In this document: positions 37,649 through 48,500 of the stretch, piece by piece
Layout: the number at the start of each line of letters is the position of its first letter
How positions within the stretch are numbered: the stretch's first letter is position 1
Source: a virus
Lineage: Duplodnaviria > Caudoviricetes
Reading direction: 5' to 3' (one strand)
Length of the DNA: 64,000 nt
Virus record (IMG/VR): IMGVR_UViG_3300015608_004761
Span: 35,907 to 99,906 of that record
Translations under genes and position numbers: made by a program
Notes under the pieces: generated by a model
The model's input: only the letters and a program-made list of their open reading frames with translations
What the model was told of the DNA's origin: nothing
Databases searched by the model: none

Positions 37649-37869
37649 AGATCCCCGTCTCCGACACGCTCAAGAACGCGCTCGTGCGCGAGGGCTCCTG
37701 GAAGATCGCGGCCGAGGTTCGGCGTCGCGCGGGCGGGGTCGCCCCCACGGACCCCACCCTGGAGAACTTCGCCGTCGCGCGCGGGTTCAAGGCCGCCGCC
37801 GACCACTCCGACGAGGACGTGATCGACGAGGGGCTCGAAGCCTACCGCCGCATCCTGGAGGCGCCGTGA
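37645..37869 (+). CDS. Hypothetical small protein
   Basis: GTGA coupling on both sides. Confidence 0.65.
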   Translation: MKIPVSDTLKNALVREGSWKIAAEVRRRAGGVAPTDPTLENFAVARGFKAAADHSDEDVIDEGLEAYRRILEAP

Positions 37870-38897
37870 CGAACGCGTACGCCGTACGGCGGGCCTGGGA
37901 GGCGATGAAGACGGCGGCCCTGCGCGGGGGCGCGCCGCTCGTCCCCGCCATGTCTCTCGCCGCGATCGAGAAGTGGGCCGAGATCGAGGGGCCGACGGCC
38001 CACGGCCTGTCGCGCCCGGAGCGCGAGGCGTGGGCGGCGAGCGTCGCGGGCGCGGCCATGGTCGACGCGGCGATCGAGAAGCTCGCCGAGGCCGGTCGCT
38101 ACACCGAGGCCGAGCGGGAGTTCCTGCTCGACCTGAACGCCGAGGCGGCGGTGCGCGACCTCCGGTCCCTGTGCAAGTCGGCCGGCATCCTCGGCAACGC
38201 CCTGAACGCCATGGCCGCCCACCCCCGCACCACCGGCACGATCGCCGGGGCCGCGATCAGCGGCGGTCTCGGGGCCTGGAAGGACGACGAGAACCGCCTG
38301 CGCGGGGCCGTGAGCTACGGCGTGCCGGGCGCGGTCCTCGGCTACCTGGGCGGAACGGGCCTCGCCAACTACCAGCAGAACCGGCACATGGCGCGCCTGC
38401 ACCACGCGACCCAGCTCCTCGAGCAGCAGGCCGCCCAGCAGGCGCAGAGCCTCGCCAACCAGCGCGCGCTGGCCGACATGGGCCGCGTGGCGGACGACGC
38501 GGCGCGCCTGCACAAGAACTTCATCCTGGCCGCCCAGGGGATGGCGCGCGACCGAAACGTCGACCCGAACAAGGTCCAGGCGATCACGCACGCGATCGAC
38601 AAGCTCCAGGACCACAGCCACGACATCATCCAGCACGCGGTCATCAACCCGGGGATGCTACACACCGAGGTGGCGAACATGATCGACCCAGAGATCCTGA
38701 AGGAGATCCAGGGCCGCGCCGCGCACCTCCAGAAGCAGGGCCCGTACGTGCCGCTCGGCTCGCGCCTGCACCCGGACGACCTCATCGCCGCCGCCCAGGC
38801 CCACAGCCGGTCGAGCTTCGGCGGCGGCAAGGGCGGCCAAGGCGCGGCGCCCGGTGGCTCCCCCGCTCCAGCGCCCGGGACCGCGCCGACCCCGTAA
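37866..38897 (+). CDS. Hypothetical virion protein with glycine-zipper-like segments after KSAG
   Basis: KTAA, KWAE, KLAE, KSAG; GTIAGAAISGGLG. Confidence 0.7.
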   Translation: MTNAYAVRRAWEAMKTAALRGGAPLVPAMSLAAIEKWAEIEGPTAHGLSRPEREAWAASVAGAAMVDAAIEKLAEAGRYTEAEREFLLDLNAEAAVRDLRSLCKSAGILGNALNAMAAHPRTTGTIAGAAISGGLGAWKDDENRLRGAVSYGVPGAVLGYLGGTGLANYQQNRHMARLHHATQLLEQQAAQQAQSLANQRALADMGRVADDAARLHKNFILAAQGMARDRNVDPNKVQAITHAIDKLQDHSHDIIQHAVINPGMLHTEVANMIDPEILKEIQGRAAHLQKQGPYVPLGSRLHPDDLIAAAQAHSRSSFGGGKGGQGAAPGGSPAPAPGTAPTP

Positions 38898-38906
38898 CCT
38901 TCCCCC

Positions 38907-40700
38907 GTGCGCAAGCTCCTCGAACTCGACCAGTACTTCCCCAAGACGGGGGAGCCGACAGTGCAACTGGCGGCCTTCGCCAACCAGCGCGGCGGCCTCT
39001 CGATCGAGAAGCGAGCCTTCGCCGAAGGTCACTCGCAGTTCTATGACTTCCTGAAGACCGTCCAGCCCGAGCCGGGGATCACCTACCTGCTCGTGAACGC
39101 GATGGGCTCATGGGAGTACTACGACCTGAACCGCAACGCGGACGGCTTCCCCGAGCGGGCGTACATGGTCGGCACGCGCGCCAAGTGCGGCCACCCCGAC
39201 TGCACGCTGAGCCTGGACGGCTGGGTGAGCGAGCCCGAGACGCTCGTCCACCACTACAAGACCTTCGAGGAGTCGGGCGGCATCTACCGCCACCACAAGA
39301 ACGACGACCCCTCCAAGAGTCGCGGGACGGTGAAGCCCGCCCTGTGGAACGCCCGGATGCACCGGGTGGAGCTGCTCCTCCGGTACGTGAACTCCCGCGA
39401 CCCGGAGATCCCCTCCAAGATCGCCGACGGGGTGTTCCCGGCCGTCTCGATGGGCTGCCGCGTCGCCTACGACGTGTGCACAATCTGCGGCCACCGGGCG
39501 CCCACGCGCGCGCAGTACTGCTCGCACGCCCTCAGTCAGATGAACGCGATCCTCCCAGACGGGAGGAAGGTCGGGGTGCTGAACCCACGGCCCCGGTTCT
39601 TCGACATCTCGTTCGTCTTCCGACCCGCCGACCCGACGGGCTGGACGCTCCAGAAGGTCGCGCGCCACGGCGGCATGTCGTCGGCCGAGCTCGGCGAGCT
39701 GATGGACCGCGCGGAGGGCTCGCGCCTGCCGTTCTGGTCCACGGCCAAGGAGATCAACGCCTCCTGGGACGAGCCGGGGAGCTTCATGGGACGCTTCGTG
39801 CGCGGGTCGTTCCCGAGCGGGAAGGTGGCCGGCGCACCCTCGACGCTCCTGGAGCTGGCCGCCTCGCCCGTCCCGCACCCCCAGTCGCTCGTGGCCAAGC
39901 TCGCCTCCCAGGCCCTCGGGATCCCGCTCACCGACGACATGGTCGACCGACTCGTGTGCGCGACCCCGGCCCTCGTCGCCCTGGTCGGCGAGTCCTCGGA
40001 GACCGTCAAGCACGCCTCCTTCGGCGAAGCCGGCGACGTCCTCCGAGACCGCGCCTACGCCCCCTGGCCCGACGTGCCGAGCGTGGACGTGGGCCCCGGC
40101 GCCCTGCACCGGGCGGCCGAGCCCCCGCGCACGGACCTGCTCACGATGACCGACCCCTTCACGGGGGCTGTCTACCAGACGACGCGCGGAGCGGCCCAGG
40201 ACGCGACGCGGGAGGACGTGAAGAAGCGGCTCCTGAACACCGCCCTCCTCACGGGCCTCTACGCGGCGGGCCTGCACAAGGCGCTCAAACCGACGGGCCT
40301 CGGGGGCCTCGGACGCGCGGCCGTCGCGTTGCCGGTGGGAGCACTCCTCGGCCGGGCGACCGAGCGCGGTATCCACAACGTCCTCGAACCCTACCGACAC
40401 CCGTACTACCAGACCGACCAGGGCGTCCCCGTCTCCGGGGGCACCGAGTTCAAGGCGGCCTCGATCGAGCCCTCCTCCTGGGCGCGAAAGCTCGCCTCGG
40501 ACCTGGAGGAGCGCGACGCCGCCCGCGCCCGGATCGCCCGGCGCGGGGGGCACCGATTCTTGAAGTGGGCCGCGAGCCCCTTGGACCTCCAGGTCCGCTC
40601 ACTCGCCGGGGAAGACCGCGCCCCCGAGGAGCCGTACGCCGTACGACCCGACGACGCCCGCGACATGGCCGAGCGTCTGACGTTCCTGCTGACCACCTAA
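38907..40700 (+). CDS. Prohead maturation serine protease (HK97/assemblin-like) with Zn finger and long C-terminal extension
   Basis: His region YRHHKN..SRGTV, Ser motif VSMGC, CTIC..YCSH, FFDISFV..PAD; upstream of the capsid genes. Confidence 0.7.
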   Translation: MRKLLELDQYFPKTGEPTVQLAAFANQRGGLSIEKRAFAEGHSQFYDFLKTVQPEPGITYLLVNAMGSWEYYDLNRNADGFPERAYMVGTRAKCGHPDCTLSLDGWVSEPETLVHHYKTFEESGGIYRHHKNDDPSKSRGTVKPALWNARMHRVELLLRYVNSRDPEIPSKIADGVFPAVSMGCRVAYDVCTICGHRAPTRAQYCSHALSQMNAILPDGRKVGVLNPRPRFFDISFVFRPADPTGWTLQKVARHGGMSSAELGELMDRAEGSRLPFWSTAKEINASWDEPGSFMGRFVRGSFPSGKVAGAPSTLLELAASPVPHPQSLVAKLASQALGIPLTDDMVDRLVCATPALVALVGESSETVKHASFGEAGDVLRDRAYAPWPDVPSVDVGPGALHRAAEPPRTDLLTMTDPFTGAVYQTTRGAAQDATREDVKKRLLNTALLTGLYAAGLHKALKPTGLGGLGRAAVALPVGALLGRATERGIHNVLEPYRHPYYQTDQGVPVSGGTEFKAASIEPSSWARKLASDLEERDAARARIARRGGHRFLKWAASPLDLQVRSLAGEDRAPEEPYAVRPDDARDMAERLTFLLTT

Positions 40701-40721
40701 CATTCCGACGGAGACCTCCCG

Positions 40722-41180
40722 ATGAACCTGAGCAGCCTCTTCCCCAACACCCAGACCAAGATCGCCGCCGTCGCGCCGGCCGCGACCTCCCAGGGCGACA
40801 ACGCCGCCAGGGCCCGCGCCGAGATCGACGCGGCGCTTCAGGCGACGACCCTGAAGACGGCCGGCGTCCAGGCCCCTCCCCACGCCGCGCCCGCCGCCGG
40901 CCCCACTGGGGACCTGGAGAAGGTCGCCGAGGAGATCAAGAAGGCCAACCACGAGCGGCGCGTCCGTGAGGCGTTCGCCGAGGGCGAGGCGCACTGCGAC
41001 GGCTTCATGAGCCGCCTCGCGCTCTACGAGAAGGTCGCGGCTGAGCAGGCTCCCTGGCAGCCGGCGAACCAGAAGACCGCCGCCGAGCACACCGAGCAGG
41101 AGGTCGTGACGCAGATCCACAAGGTCGCCAGCGCCCACTACCTGGAGGGGTACGGCGCGGCGAGGATGGCGCTCCAGTGA
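40722..41180 (+). CDS. KxA-rich scaffold-like protein
   Basis: KIAA, KTAG, KVAE, KVAA, KTAA, KVAS in 152 aa. Confidence 0.65.
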   Translation: MNLSSLFPNTQTKIAAVAPAATSQGDNAARARAEIDAALQATTLKTAGVQAPPHAAPAAGPTGDLEKVAEEIKKANHERRVREAFAEGEAHCDGFMSRLALYEKVAAEQAPWQPANQKTAAEHTEQEVVTQIHKVASAHYLEGYGAARMALQ

Positions 41181-41362
41181 ACCGCGCCCGAGCCGCCGAG
41201 CTGATCCTGGACCACGAGCGCCTGCGTAAGTCGGCCTTCGAGGTCGCCTCTCGCGGCGCGGGCGAGTTCTTCGAGGGCGCGCGGGGTGAGCTCACCCAGA
41301 AGCGCGCCGAGGCCGTCACGACCATGAACCTCCGGCTCGTCAGGCACCTCACCACGCCATGA
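41177..41362 (+). CDS. Hypothetical small protein
   Basis: Coupled overlaps on both sides. Confidence 0.55.
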   Translation: MNRARAAELILDHERLRKSAFEVASRGAGEFFEGARGELTQKRAEAVTTMNLRLVRHLTTP

Positions 41363-41745
41363 ACCCCCGCCGCCCCTCGCTCCTCGACACCCTGAACGGC
41401 ATCGAGTCGTCCGTCACCGCCGCCCCCACGGGGTCGCTGCCCGAGGCACCGCGCGCCTTCTCGGACGACCTGCGCAAGCTCGGCTCGGCCCTGCGCGAGG
41501 CGGGCGCGTCCGACCCCGTGACCTACGACGAGGTGTACGCCGTACGGCGGGGGGACTACCCCGCCCCAGGGGCCGCGCCCGCCCACACCCCCATGACGGG
41601 CGGCGGCGGCGACGTCCTGCGCAAGCTCGCCAACGCCGTGCGCGACGAGGCGTACGAGCGAGAAACCGCTCACCACACCAAGGTTGCCCTCCACCTCCCC
41701 GCGATCGAGGGCCTTACGCTTCTGCGGGACCGGAGCCGACGATGA
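41359..41745 (+). CDS. Hypothetical protein (two LRKL[GA] repeats)
   Basis: ATGA coupling; DDLRKLGSALR and DVLRKLANAVR. Confidence 0.6.
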   Translation: MNPRRPSLLDTLNGIESSVTAAPTGSLPEAPRAFSDDLRKLGSALREAGASDPVTYDEVYAVRRGDYPAPGAAPAHTPMTGGGGDVLRKLANAVRDEAYERETAHHTKVALHLPAIEGLTLLRDRSRR

Positions 41746-42065
41746 GCCGCCTCACCAAGATCGCCAACGCCCTGGACGCCATCGCGCTCGTCGCCGACGA
41801 GACGCCGGCCGCGTCCGCCGCCCCCGACCCCTTCATCGAGCAACTGGAGGCCCGCGTGGGCCCGCTCGACCCCGGGGTCCGGCAGAAGCTCGCCTCGGAC
41901 GCGGACTACCGCCGCACCTTCGAGAAGCTCACGGCCCAGCCCGAGGCGCCCCGCTCCCTCGGCGGCCCGAGTGAGAAGTCGGCCGGCGAAGCCCCGCGCT
42001 CCAAGGCCGAGCGCATGCGCGACGCCGAGGAGAAGTTCGCCGCGATCGTCATGGGCCAAGGCTGA
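41742..42065 (+). CDS. Scaffold-like protein
   Basis: KIAN, KLAS, KSAG; immediately before the capsid genes. Confidence 0.55.
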   Translation: MSRLTKIANALDAIALVADETPAASAAPDPFIEQLEARVGPLDPGVRQKLASDADYRRTFEKLTAQPEAPRSLGGPSEKSAGEAPRSKAERMRDAEEKFAAIVMGQG

Positions 42066-42098
42066 GCCCACTACCATTCACCCCGAGGTCAACCCGAC

Positions 42099-42614
42099 AT
42101 GCGATTCCAGGAACTGTTCAAGCCGACCACCGAGTCCCCCAAGGAGGCGTTCGTCGCCTGCCTCGGCCTCTCCGAGTACTTCGCTCAGGAGATGGCGACC
42201 GCCTTCAATGCCGGCACCGGTCCCGGCACGCCCGACGCCTTCGGGTCCATCCAGGCGGGCACCATCACGCCCGGCACGATGGTCACGATGAACTCGGAGA
42301 AGAACTGGGAGGCCGCGACCTCCCCGCTGCTCAACGCGGCGCTGCCCAAGCAGATCTTCCTCGTGTTCGAGGGCTCGGTCGACCTCGTCGGCCGCAACCT
42401 CGGCAAGCTGACGGCGGTGCGCGGCCTGTGCCGCTTCTACACCACCTACTACAACGGGTCGGGGTTCGTCGTGAACACCCCGCTCGTCGCGAACGCGGGC
42501 CGGTTCGAGGTCAAGGTGTTCGGCGACAACAAGCAGATCGTCGGCTTCGTGGGCCCCGACCAGGACGCCAACGGCCGCCTCGACGTCATCTTCGAGGCGA
42601 GCACCACGGGTTGA
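42099..42614 (+). CDS. Putative capsid decoration/cement protein
   Basis: Beta-rich 171-aa protein directly upstream of the major capsid gene. Confidence 0.5.
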   Translation: MRFQELFKPTTESPKEAFVACLGLSEYFAQEMATAFNAGTGPGTPDAFGSIQAGTITPGTMVTMNSEKNWEAATSPLLNAALPKQIFLVFEGSVDLVGRNLGKLTAVRGLCRFYTTYYNGSGFVVNTPLVANAGRFEVKVFGDNKQIVGFVGPDQDANGRLDVIFEASTTG

Positions 42615-42654
42615 TCGGACCCACTACGCTACGAGCAAGGAGCCCACGGAGCCC

Positions 42655-43578
42655 ATGAACTACGGAATCGAAACCCTGGACGTCAAGGCCCAGGTCCTCA
42701 ACCAGAACTTCATCGACCTGATCGGCAGCGGCCAGATCAAGCAGGCCGAGGAGGCCGGGTCGATCCTCATCCGCGAGATCGTCCGCCAGGACGCGGCGGT
42801 TCGCGAGATCCTCCCCTGCCGCCAGATCGCGCCGTCGGAGCTGGACATCTGGCCCGACTCGGACGCGCCGATGAAGTTCCTGGACATCGAGACGCAGACC
42901 GTCGCGTCCTACGTCCAGTTCTACGGCACCCCGAAGGCCAACTACTACACCCTGCGGCACGTCCCGGTCTTCTTCGGGAAGATCCAGTCGGACGAGTTCG
43001 TCAAGTCGAAGTTCGAGCTCATGAGCTACCGCACCGACGTGCGCAAGCTCCTGGCCGACAACTCCACCAAGGACATCGCCGACCAGGAGGACATGTTCTT
43101 CCGCCGCGCGTGCCTCCAGGCCGTGAACCGCAACCCGAGCCTCCAGCGCACGGAGCTCCCGCGCCTGACGGCGACCGGCTGGGCCCAGACCCTCACCGCG
43201 ATGGACAACCGCCGCCGCCCCGTGGGCAAGGCGCTCATGAGCAAGGCGCGCCACCGCGACGCGATCGACCTCCCGGCGACGGCCGTGGGCACCGACATCG
43301 CCGCCGAGCACTACCGCAACGGCATCGAGAAGGAGGATGGCCTGTGGGGCACCCCGCTGGTCACCACCATCAAGAGCGACATCTACCTGCCGGACGAGGC
43401 GTGGATGTTCGTGCCGGAGAACTACCTCGGCCGTTTCTGGACCCTCCAGGAGCCGACGCTCTTCGTCGAGCAGCGCGCCGACATCATCAAGTTCTTCATC
43501 TACTCGGCGCCCGGCATCGGCCTCCCGTCGCTGCTCGGCATCCAGCAGATGGTCTTCACGCCGCGCGCGCCGGCCTGA
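42655..43578 (+). CDS. Major capsid protein (HK97 fold, predicted)
   Basis: 307 aa; synteny protease-scaffold-decoration-capsid-neck; KDIADQEDMFF spine-helix-like segment; very high GC3. Confidence 0.7.
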   Translation: MNYGIETLDVKAQVLNQNFIDLIGSGQIKQAEEAGSILIREIVRQDAAVREILPCRQIAPSELDIWPDSDAPMKFLDIETQTVASYVQFYGTPKANYYTLRHVPVFFGKIQSDEFVKSKFELMSYRTDVRKLLADNSTKDIADQEDMFFRRACLQAVNRNPSLQRTELPRLTATGWAQTLTAMDNRRRPVGKALMSKARHRDAIDLPATAVGTDIAAEHYRNGIEKEDGLWGTPLVTTIKSDIYLPDEAWMFVPENYLGRFWTLQEPTLFVEQRADIIKFFIYSAPGIGLPSLLGIQQMVFTPRAPA

Positions 43579-43607
43579 TCCCCGCCCCTCCCGCCTACCG
43601 TTGAGGG

Positions 43608-43955
43608 GTGGCAACGCCCCTCTCGACCCGCATCAAGAAGCTCCAGGAGCGTCGGGGTTGGACCGACGAGCAGATGCTCGCACGGTTCGGCAAGACCTCG
43701 GCGCACGCCCACGACCGGATCGAGGAGCGCACCGAGTTCCACCGCTCGCACGTGGACTTGATCCAGCGGGCCGTGGACACGCTCTCGCTCGGGCCCGGCA
43801 CCTACCACCTCCCCCTGCGCCACCAGGACGGTCGCGTCGCCGGGTACGCCCAGTTCAAGAGCGTCCCGAACCGTAAGAGCCCCGTGCTCGCGACGATCCT
43901 GGGGCCCCAGATGCGACCGGGCGGCGAGAACATCGAGCGGATGATCGGCCTGTGA
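43608..43955 (+). CDS. Hypothetical protein
   Basis: ORF coupled to the next gene; KTS motif. Confidence 0.6.
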   Translation: MATPLSTRIKKLQERRGWTDEQMLARFGKTSAHAHDRIEERTEFHRSHVDLIQRAVDTLSLGPGTYHLPLRHQDGRVAGYAQFKSVPNRKSPVLATILGPQMRPGGENIERMIGL

Positions 43956-44770
43956 AGCTCAAGATCACACGCACACTGGCCTTGGTGCCGTCGGGATTCC
44001 ACGTCCAGTGGGACGTCGAGGACGCGACCGAGTCGGGCGTCTACCGCTTCACGCTGGAGCGCTCGGGCTCCCCCGAGGGCCCCTGGGACCCGGTGGCGAC
44101 GGACGTCGCCGACCAGTACGCCGTACGGGACGACTACGGCTTCTCGGTCAACGACCGGGACGTTCGGGGGCCGAACCAGCTCACGCTCACGGGCAGCGTC
44201 CACTACCGCCTCTCGTGCGTGACCCCGTCGGGTGCGCGCCTCCGCGTCGTGCAGGAGACCACGCCCGCCGACCCCATCCCCAAGATGGCGCAGTACCTGC
44301 GCAAGGCGCAGTGGAACTTCACCGTGGCGATGAAGTACGCGCGGCCCCTGGCCGTGCTCAAGCGACGCACTTGGGGTGAGCGTTGTCCGCTGTGCGTGAA
44401 CAAGTCGACAGGTAAGGTCATGCGTGCCGATTGCCTCAACTGTTGGGGTACGGGGCTCGTCGGAGGCTACTGGACCCCCTGCTACATGAAGGGGCGCCGT
44501 AGCGCCCCAGACAACACAAGCGAGATCAGCCCCGACCAGAAGAGCGACTCAAACTCGCACAACTTCCTCATGCCGAGCTCACCGTCGCTGGAGCGTGACG
44601 ACGTGATCGTCTCGCTCGACAGCGGTCAGCGGTACCTCGTACGCAAGCAGAACGAGACCCAGATTCAACTCCGAGCCGTCCACCAGTCTGTCGGGACGGT
44701 GGAGCTCGCGCGTGACCACATCATCTACCGCCTGCGGGTCGAACCCGAGGCGCGCGAGCCGAGGTTCTGA
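43952..44770 (+). CDS. Head-completion/neck protein
   Basis: FN3-like N-terminus; CPLC..CLNCWGTGLVGGY; position. Confidence 0.55.
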   Translation: MKLKITRTLALVPSGFHVQWDVEDATESGVYRFTLERSGSPEGPWDPVATDVADQYAVRDDYGFSVNDRDVRGPNQLTLTGSVHYRLSCVTPSGARLRVVQETTPADPIPKMAQYLRKAQWNFTVAMKYARPLAVLKRRTWGERCPLCVNKSTGKVMRADCLNCWGTGLVGGYWTPCYMKGRRSAPDNTSEISPDQKSDSNSHNFLMPSSPSLERDDVIVSLDSGQRYLVRKQNETQIQLRAVHQSVGTVELARDHIIYRLRVEPEAREPRF

Positions 44771-45489
44771 TGCCGCCCGGGAAGTCCGATCATGGTTTGA
44801 CCCGTGTCGAGGGCGACCACCCCGACGTATTCCCGTCGGGTCCGAATGCCCTTGTCGGGGTGTTCGTCGCCATCGTGCAGGCGTGCTTCTACGCGCCGAG
44901 CCGGCCCGCGAATATCCCATGGTACTGGGACACCCAACCTACCCCCGAGTCTGACGACAGCGGGGACCCCGAGGAATCGGGCGGCCGTCGCCTCTACGTC
45001 TCGGAGGAGAGCCTGGAGTACCCAGACTCGCGCAACGTACGGCCCGCTGTTCTGGTCGGACGCTCGGACATCCAGTACGTGTCACTCGGCGCATCCAACA
45101 TCGCGGAGGTCGATTACCCCCGCATGGGGCAGGTTCTGTACTGCCACTCCATGCTCTCCATCGAACTCGCTTGTCTCGCGCGTGAGCAGGGGGAGAGCGC
45201 GACGCTCGCGGACGTGATGGCCTCCTTCCTCGTCGGATCGGGACAGGAGATCCGGGAACACTTCGGGCTGCACTCGCTCGGTATGCCCTCGATCTCAAAG
45301 ACCAGTCCCACGCGACGCTTTGCTGGCACCACCGAGTTCTGGGAGACGGTCGTGCGTGTGCCCGTCGAGGCCAAGTACAAGTGGGTCAAGTGGCCACTCG
45401 CCCCTGTGATCTCCGAGATCTTCGCGCACCTGAAGGTCAACGGAGAGGTCCGAGACCTGCGCGAAGTGCTCCAACGCCCTACCACCTAA
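44770..45489 (+). CDS. Tail terminator/neck protein
   Basis: RPAVLVGR-type segment; directly before the sheath gene. Confidence 0.5.
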   Translation: MPPGKSDHGLTRVEGDHPDVFPSGPNALVGVFVAIVQACFYAPSRPANIPWYWDTQPTPESDDSGDPEESGGRRLYVSEESLEYPDSRNVRPAVLVGRSDIQYVSLGASNIAEVDYPRMGQVLYCHSMLSIELACLAREQGESATLADVMASFLVGSGQEIREHFGLHSLGMPSISKTSPTRRFAGTTEFWETVVRVPVEAKYKWVKWPLAPVISEIFAHLKVNGEVRDLREVLQRPTT

Positions 45490-45504
45490 CCTTCGGTCAA
45501 CGCC

Positions 45505-48500
45505 ATGTCGCTCAAGCCCCTCATCCTGGTCTACCTGGAGATCGCCCAACCCTCGGTCACCCCGGCCACGCCGGTCCTGAACACCGTGATCGTGGGCCCT
45601 GCCTGCGACGTGTTCGACTACCCGGACGACGCCCAGGCGACGCTGCTCACCGACACCTACGGCCGTCTGGAAGCCGGTTCGGGGTACGCGCCGCCCGTCT
45701 CGGGCACCGACGCCGTTCGCGTGCTCGACGGGGGGTACCCCAGCCAGAGCGCGGGGGCACGCGTGGACCACGACTCGGTCTACTTCACGCTCAAGACTCC
45801 GCGCGTGATCCTCGGATCGACGAACCTGAGCGGCTCGGTCGCCCCCGTGCTCGGCACCTCCGTCACGACAAGCGAGGCGGACCGGACGCTCCTCACGTTC
45901 AACAGCCCCACGGCCAACCTGCTCCAGGCGCTCGTGCAGCCGGGGGATCGGGTGATCCTCACCTCCTCCTTCGGTCAGGAGTTCGTGGGCACGGTGGCCC
46001 TGGTCGGCGAGCCGAACGCAGCGGGCCTCGTCCCCTCGGGCAACGAGAACCTGCTGCGCCTGACCTCGCAGCTCCCCTCGCCGAACGTCGCTGCGACGGG
46101 CACGATCACCGCGATCGCCGCCTCCTCGCTCCTCGACGGCGAGACCTTCACGCTCGACGACGGGATCAACCCCCCCACGGTCTTCGAGTTCGATACGGGC
46201 TCCTCGGTCGGCGCGGGGCACGTGGCCATCGCCATCGCGAGCCAGACCGCGACCCAGGTCCGCGACCTCATGCGCGCGGCCATCAACGGGGTGGGCTCGG
46301 GCCTCCGCATCACGGCCACCGACCTCGGCTCGACGGGCCTCACGCTCACGAACGACGTGCCCGGCGACCAGGGCAACACCACGATCTCCGACACGGTGGT
46401 CGACGCGGGGTTCACCCACACGAACATGGCCGGGGGGACCTCGGAGCCCTCGCAGTGGGCCTACGACGACGCGGCCGAGTGCCGCATCGAGCGCGTGCTG
46501 TCCACGACCCGCCTCTCTGACCCCTCCCGGACGTACGTCGTATTCCCGGAGCCGGGCTCCGACGAGGTCGTCGTGCGCGGCGGCGTGAGCGTCTCGATCC
46601 GTGGCACCCCGGCCGCGAGCGTCGGCACCCCCTCCCCGGCGCCCCAGACGGTCTCCCGGGCGCTCTCCTACGCCGAGCTCTACGTCTCCTACGTCGCCCT
46701 GCGCCAGGACCTCCAGTCGCTCGCCAAGGCGATCCCGACGGACAGCCAGAGCCTGAACGGCGTCCCGATCGTGCGGGGCATCGGCAAGGTCGACGCACGC
46801 AACCCCCTGGCCGTGGGCGTGAAGCTCGCCCTGGCCAACGGCGGCAACGTGCCGATCTACTACTACGGCGTCTCGGCCCGCGACTCCTCGGGCTACGACA
46901 ACGCGAGAGCCCGGCTCGCCTCGCGCAACGACCTCTACTGCTTCGTGCCGCTCACGCAGGACCTGAACGTACACGCGGCCTTCAAGGCCGCGTTCGTCCA
47001 GAACGCCAACCCCCTCTACTGCCGCGAGCGCGGCGTCCGTCAACGCTTCCGCATCGTCCTCGGCTCGGTGCCGATGCCCACCGAGCAGACGATCTACGAG
47101 GGGTCGATCTCGGGCGTGTCGAGCGACGCCGGCCAGTCGACGGGCCGCTACCGCACGATCTCCATCGCCGCCGCCTCCACGGGCTCGGCGCCCGCGACGG
47201 GCGCGGCCGAGGACATCGACTTCAGCTACGTCCTGCCAGGGGACACGGTCACCATCGGCCTCTCGGCCGGGGGGACCTCGGCGTGGCAGAACCGACGCGG
47301 CACTCACCGCGTGGGCCACGTCAACACCAGCCAGGACTTCCCCAACTCAGGTGACCCGGCCGCGCTGGAGGTCATCCCCGGCAGCTCGCGCTGGGACGAC
47401 ACGGCCGGCGCCACGGTCGACGACATCGAGATCCTGGTGCGCGGCCCCGACGGCTCGACCAAGTTCTCCAGCACCGCGTCCACGGACGTCTCCACGGGCG
47501 CAGGCGGCACGCTCGGCACCGTGCGCTACTCCATGCGCCTGCCCACGGTGGTGGGCGGGCCCTACACGGTGCGCTACGTGGCGAGCGGCGACGCCGACCA
47601 CGTGGTGGGGGTGGCCCTGGCCGGGTTCGCCATCACGGTCACGGTGGGCAGCCTCGTCACGCACACCGAGCTCGCCACGGCCGTCAACGCCCACCCGGGC
47701 GTCTCGGCGGTGCTCGCGGCGGCCGTGACGGCGGGCGGCGGCAACGCCGTCGTGCCGGGCTCGCAGAGCCCCGCCGCCCCGGCGTCGATCCTCCCGGCCT
47801 CCGGCGACTGCTCGGCCCAGGTGCTGGTCAACGACGCTCTCTACACGCAGCTCACCGACGGCTCGGCGACGTTCCTCCAGGCGAACGTCAAGCCCGGCGA
47901 CCTCGTGGAGATCCCGGCCGACCCGAACAACTACGACCCCCTGGCCTACTCGGGGCGCCTGCTCACCTACCGGGTGGGCGCGGTGCAGAACGAGAACCGC
48001 CTGCGGATCGCGGGCGGCACCGACGACGGAGCGGACGCGGCCACGGAGCTGCCGCACTTCTTCAACCGCACGCTCCAGGCCCGGTACCTGGACAACACGG
48101 CGCCGAACGCGATCAACTACCGCGTACGGCGTACGCTCACCTCGTTCGACCGGGCGCTCGCGCTCGTGTCGATCGCCCAGAGCGTGCGCTCCTCGCGCCT
48201 GACGCTCATGTGGCCCGACCTCGTCGGGGTGTCGGAGCTCGCGGACGGCGGCCTCCCCAGGGCGCTGCCGGCCGTGCCGACCCGCGCGGGCCTCGTCCCG
48301 AGCTACTACCTCGCCTGCGCCGTGGGCGGGGTGATCGCCGGGGTGCCCCCGCAGATGGGCCTCACGGGCGGCTCGTTCATCGGCTTCGACCGGGTGAGCC
48401 ACACCGCCGACTCCTTCAACGAGGAGGAGCTGTCGCTGATCTCGGACGGCGGCTTCTTCCTCTGCACGCAGGAGACCGAGGGGGCGCTCATCCAGTGCGA

